A stretch of DNA of 20,000 nucleotides from the IMG/VR virus record IMGVR_UViG_3300032334_001399; one strand, written 5' to 3'. Made by a program: the position numbers and the translations under genes. Shown here one piece after another: positions 16,664-20,000 of the stretch. Below the pieces are notes generated by a model. That model saw nothing but the letters and a program-made list of their open reading frames with translations. It was not told the origin of the DNA and searched no databases. Each line of letters opens with the position of its first letter. The first letter of the stretch is position 1. Source of the stretch: an uncultured virus (IMG/VR IMGVR_UViG_3300032334_001399) (lineage: Duplodnaviria; Heunggongvirae; Uroviricota; Caudoviricetes).

Positions 16664-18046
16664 TTATGCGTCCCAAGGTAAATCAGTTGCGAGTTCTTGT
16701 GTTTGATTATCCGTTTTTTTGCCTGCCTTTTTAACAGGTTCTTTTTTAGATGGGCGATCAATACTTTGGGGGGAAATTCTGAGTGTGTCCCAATCAATAG
16801 GGCATGTAAAAGCCATCTCTTTTCCGCCCCGAATCTTTGTTGTTTCAAAACTAATTGCTTGTGCGTCTTTTTCATGTGCCTCCATTACTAGTGCTATATC
16901 TGCTGCATCTAAGATACCCTTGGCAAATCTGGCTTCACCACTGGCGTCAATTTGATAAGGACTTACTATTACTACTTCGTATTTTCTAGCTAAATTCTTT
17001 AGCTTTTTTGAAACCTCAATTTGTGGTTGCCAGTCGTATTGACTATTGCCTTCTAAGACAATTTGATTAACATAGTCTACTACTACAACTCCTAGTTTAT
17101 CACCAAATTTAGCTTTAGTTTTACCAATATGCAGATCAATAGCGCCTAGGGTTAAATCTCTGTCGTCAACAATAATCATTTGATTATCGGGCTTTAGCTT
17201 AAAGTTTCTTACTAGGGTTTCCTCAAATTTAAATCTATCACGATGTCGTAAAAAATCATCAACTAATGATTCTGCGCCTTCAAACATTCCTGATCTAGCA
17301 TGCACTACACGTAGCAATTCTTGATCAGTTAATTTATTTTGCTTTAGGTTTTGCAAATTTACATTGGCTAAGATTGCCAAATTTCGTTGCATAGTTTCAT
17401 AGGCAGTCATCTCAATAGAAAAGTAAAGACTACTGTTTCCAGACTCATACTGATTAACAAAAATATTACTACTAGTAATACTTTTTCCACTACCCCTTTT
17501 GCCTCCAATGAGGATGAGTTCTTGTCTAGCCACACCACCAAGTACAGCGTCAAAAGTATTATTAAGCCCAAGATAAACACGTTCTTTTTCCAATTCTTCA
17601 GGATGTTGAAACATCATAATATCAGCCATAGTAAAAACTTTTTCACTGGTGTGAGTTTTTTCTTCAATTGTAAGTGCAATTGTGGCTAAATTTTCTTTTA
17701 TCTCATTTGAGTCGTAAAGCGGCAGTTTATCTATAAACTTATCTAGTAGTTTTACTGTTTCATTTTGCGTATACTGATCAATAAGTGCATCTAGTGCTAT
17801 TTCAGCGGTTACATCAGGAACATCAGTTAGTTTTAGTGTTGCTAGAGTTTTTGCTGCCGGACCTTCTCGCAGTGTAAGTTCTAGGTCATCAAAATTAGGA
17901 ATAGCATTATATTTTTCATAATGCTTATTGATAACACTATACAAGGACGAGTAAGCCGGATCTAAAAACACTAACTTCAATTTAGCCCAGATATCTAGGC
18001 TCTGCTCTTGAAGCAGTTTATTTAAGACTACGGCTGAAACATCCAT
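16664..18046 (-). CDS. D6: DnaB-like replicative helicase (T5 D6-like)
   Basis: Walker A GGKRGSGKS, YFSIEM, Walker B VVVVDYVNQ, SKKLKNLA, SPYQ, ARFAKGILDAAD, KIR finger. Confidence 0.93.
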   Translation of the reverse strand: MDVSAVVLNKLLQEQSLDIWAKLKLVFLDPAYSSLYSVINKHYEKYNAIPNFDDLELTLREGPAAKTLATLKLTDVPDVTAEIALDALIDQYTQNETVKLLDKFIDKLPLYDSNEIKENLATIALTIEEKTHTSEKVFTMADIMMFQHPEELEKERVYLGLNNTFDAVLGGVARQELILIGGKRGSGKSITSSNIFVNQYESGNSSLYFSIEMTAYETMQRNLAILANVNLQNLKQNKLTDQELLRVVHARSGMFEGAESLVDDFLRHRDRFKFEETLVRNFKLKPDNQMIIVDDRDLTLGAIDLHIGKTKAKFGDKLGVVVVDYVNQIVLEGNSQYDWQPQIEVSKKLKNLARKYEVVIVSPYQIDASGEARFAKGILDAADIALVMEAHEKDAQAISFETTKIRGGKEMAFTCPIDWDTLRISPQSIDRPSKKEPVKKAGKKTDNQTQELATDLPWDA

Positions 18047-18047
18047 A

Positions 18048-18347
18048 TTACTCTACCTTAGATTCATTATCTATGATTACTTGGTCTACTATTTCTGTTA
18101 CCTTGTAGATAATTTGATCACGCAACCGTTTAATATCTTGTTGATAGCTACTACCTTTATCAAATAGTAGACTTAATTGTTCGTGCGTAACAAGTTGTTG
18201 TAAACCAAAATAGATATGATCATACGCCATTGTAGACTCTGGCATTACTTCTACCTGAGCTAAACGACCGTAGTTATGTACTGCTTGTTTTACTACTTCT
18301 TCAACAGTAAACGACTCAGAGTCGTGGTATGTAATTGTAACTTTCAT
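18048..18347 (-). CDS. Hypothetical protein (99 aa) immediately upstream of the helicase
   Basis: Fills the gap between the D5 terminator and the helicase; stop is 1 nt from the helicase ATG; globular acidic composition. Confidence 0.78.
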   Translation of the reverse strand: MKVTITYHDSESFTVEEVVKQAVHNYGRLAQVEVMPESTMAYDHIYFGLQQLVTHEQLSLLFDKGSSYQQDIKRLRDQIIYKVTEIVDQVIIDNESKVE

Positions 18348-18364
18348 TTACTGGTTTCCAAAGT

Positions 18365-18400
18365 AAAAAAGGCCGGGAGCCTATAAAAACTCCCGGCCTT
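18365..18400 (-). terminator. Intrinsic terminator downstream of D5
   Basis: Stem GGCCGGGAG (18371-18379) / CTCCCGGCC (18390-18398), followed on the minus strand by six T (18370..18365). Confidence 0.9.
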
Positions 18401-18415
18401 ATTGCTTAAGGACTA

Positions 18416-19162
18416 TTAAGCAGCAGCTTTTGCTTCTGCTTTGGCCTTTTTATCAGCGCCTTTATAGTCAGCAACGTTAATGCCACGACGGGTAAGCAGA
18501 GTACGCAAACCGCGCTCAGTTTTATCAACTGCTGCCGCAATTTCTGCAACAGTCATACTAGCAATACGCTCGCCAAGGGCTACAATAGGATCAACCTGAT
18601 CTTTAGCGTGTGATTCACGCTGAGCAGGAATTTTTGCAATTTGGCCTTTACGGGTCAAGCTAAGTGCTTTACCACGAACACTGGCAACTGTTTTGCCAAG
18701 AGCCTGGGCAATGTCTTCGATGTATTGACCGCGCTCAGCCATAGAAACAAACTTTGCTTCTTCAGCATCAGTATAGCTGCGAGCAACCTCTACTTTTTCA
18801 GCAGGTTTAACACTACCAGTTAACTCAAGAGCAAGTAGTTTGCCTTGAATTTGTTTAGCAGTAAATTTTCCACTAGCAAATTGCTCTGCAATTTGCTTAT
18901 AGGTAAATACGCCAGAGTTATTACTAACAAAGTTAAACAGTGCGTGACCTTCGTCTTCTGTAAAAGCACTGACCTTTTCTTTAGCCATACTAGCAACTTC
19001 ACGATCAAGTTGACGCAATTTAGCTGCTACACTACGGGTAGATACTTCTAGGCTTTCAGCGGCCTGTTCAATCTTGTTAACCGGCACAGGGGACTCGCGT
19101 CCTACGATTTCAAGAAGATGAGCAACGGCTTCATCAGACCACTTTTTAGTTTTTTCAGTCAT
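18416..19162 (-). CDS. D5: T5 D5-like DNA-binding protein / transcription regulator with tandem Myb/HTH-like repeats
   Basis: Repeats starting KWSDE, AFTEDE and SYTDAEE, each followed by an HTH-like segment (STRSVAAKLR, TAKQIQGKLL, TVASVRGKAL, TERGLRTLLTRRG); located after ligase B. Confidence 0.85.
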   Translation of the reverse strand: MTEKTKKWSDEAVAHLLEIVGRESPVPVNKIEQAAESLEVSTRSVAAKLRQLDREVASMAKEKVSAFTEDEGHALFNFVSNNSGVFTYKQIAEQFASGKFTAKQIQGKLLALELTGSVKPAEKVEVARSYTDAEEAKFVSMAERGQYIEDIAQALGKTVASVRGKALSLTRKGQIAKIPAQRESHAKDQVDPIVALGERIASMTVAEIAAAVDKTERGLRTLLTRRGINVADYKGADKKAKAEAKAAA

Positions 19163-19916
19163 ATATTTTCTCGTTTAAAAATTGTGATAAGTTTTCGATA
19201 ATTGTAATGCCGAGTTCGTCGGCTTTGGTACGTTTTGTGCTGCCTTTATTATCTTCATCAACTAGATAGTTGGTTTGTTTAGTTACCGACTCAGTAACCT
19301 TGAATCCAGCTTGTTCTAGTGCTTTAGCGGCTTCCGCCTTAGTTTTAAATGAAGTTAATTTACCAGTTATGCAGACGCTTTCGGCACTTACATTGGCTAC
19401 TGGCTTATTGCTTGCTTTGAAAGAGAATGGCAAAAACTCTTTCATTTCTACAAAATCTGTCTCTAGCCAAGAGATTAGATTATTAGTAACTTTTTCTCCT
19501 AAACCTGCTTTGCGACACAGTTCTGTGTTAATATCTTCTACTGAATTAACTACTTTGGCTATTTTTTGTGCTGCTGTATTGCCTACTAGTGGAATACTAA
19601 AAGCAGGTAGGATGGTTGCTAAATCACTATTACGAGACTTGTTAATTTCATCTAACAATTTTACTGCAATTTTTTCACTACCCAATGACTCAATAATTTC
19701 GTCTAGTTCGAGATAGTAAATCTCAGTAATATCAGTTAGCTGAAGTTTCTCTAGTGTTTTAGCACCCATACCTTTGATGCCTAAGGTTTTACAAAAATGC
19801 TCTAACTTTTTGCCCAGCTGTGCGCTACAGGCTTGATTACGACAAAAAAGTTGATCGTTAACAAGCTCTAGGGTATAATCGCAACACGGACAAGTAGTTG
19901 GAATTTTGATCTTCAT
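19155..19916 (-). CDS. ligB: NAD-dependent DNA ligase subunit B (Zn finger, HhH and BRCT domains only)
   Basis: IPTTCPCC...FCRN..CSAQ zinc finger, HhH LGIKGMG and SIPLVG, BRCT VCITGKL...VTESVTKQTNYLV...KADELGITII. No adenylation or OB domain. Confidence 0.92.
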   Translation of the reverse strand: MKIKIPTTCPCCDYTLELVNDQLFCRNQACSAQLGKKLEHFCKTLGIKGMGAKTLEKLQLTDITEIYYLELDEIIESLGSEKIAVKLLDEINKSRNSDLATILPAFSIPLVGNTAAQKIAKVVNSVEDINTELCRKAGLGEKVTNNLISWLETDFVEMKEFLPFSFKASNKPVANVSAESVCITGKLTSFKTKAEAAKALEQAGFKVTESVTKQTNYLVDEDNKGSTKRTKADELGITIIENLSQFLNEKIYD

Positions 19917-19942
19917 AAGGCTTTTTTGAAATTCAATAATGT

Positions 19943-19982
19943 ATTATACAGTATTAGATAGTGTTTTGCAAGTCTAAATTTT
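19943..19982 (-). promoter_or_regulatory. sigma70-type promoter TTGCAA-N17-TATAAT with upstream AAAATTTAGAC element
   Basis: -35 at 19971..19966 and -10 at 19948..19943, 26 nt before the ligB ATG. Confidence 0.82.
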
Positions 19983-20000
19983 CTATGCCTCTACCTTGTG
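19983..20000 (-). CDS. Probable extreme 3' end of NAD-dependent ligase subunit A (…HKVEA*)
   Basis: The minus frame reads H-K-V-E-A-TAG. The identity is inferred only from T5 ligA-ligB synteny. Confidence 0.35.
   Translation of the reverse strand, partial: HKVEA

Noticed and set aside
16531..16955. ORFs 16531-16875 (-), 16697-16891 (+) and 16719-16955 (+) at the helicase/primase junction, and a possible frameshift fusion
   Set aside because: Helicase and primase are each complete with a normal 2-nt gap; the overlapping ORFs have no motifs.
3967..18046. Inteins, introns or HNH homing endonucleases in nrdJ, pol, helicases or primase
   Set aside because: Protein lengths and motif spacing are compact, no intein splice-junction motifs were seen, and no intergenic gap is large enough for an HNH gene.
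5091..19716. Other short overlapping ORFs (5091-5297, 5697-5903, 6451-6654, 17387-17689, 18641-18823, 18820-19008, 18845-19051, 19270-19716)
   Set aside because: All are nested in or antisense to well-supported genes.
1..20000. CRISPR array, tRNA genes, DGR template/variable repeats, stop-codon reassignment
   Set aside because: No spaced nucleotide repeats, cloverleaf structures or reverse transcriptase were seen, and the genes are intact and densely packed under the standard code.

Overview
This window is part of an AT-rich T5-like (Demerecviridae-type) tailed phage genome. From about 3.76 kb to the end, the minus strand carries the T5-style replication/recombination cluster in T5 order: split NAD-dependent ligase subunit B, D5, D6/DnaB helicase, primase, family A polymerase, a conserved hypothetical, D10 SF2 helicase, a hypothetical, D11, D12/D13 (Mre11/Rad50-like), D14 resolvase-like nuclease and D15 flap endonuclease. 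Where T5 has dUTPase, this phage has a monomeric class II (adenosylcobalamin-dependent) ribonucleotide reductase and a small ORF. Three small ORFs interrupt the conserved order. One is a 3-TM membrane protein behind a near-consensus sigma70 promoter that appears to give a leaderless transcript. The plus strand carries the 3' part of a large Gly/Thr/Ser-rich protein built from ~345-aa modules (probable virion fibre or adhesin), followed by phoH. The two transcription directions meet at a bidirectional terminator. Four sigma70-type promoters and three intrinsic terminators are visible. All product calls come from motif recognition and recalled T5 synteny, not from database searches.
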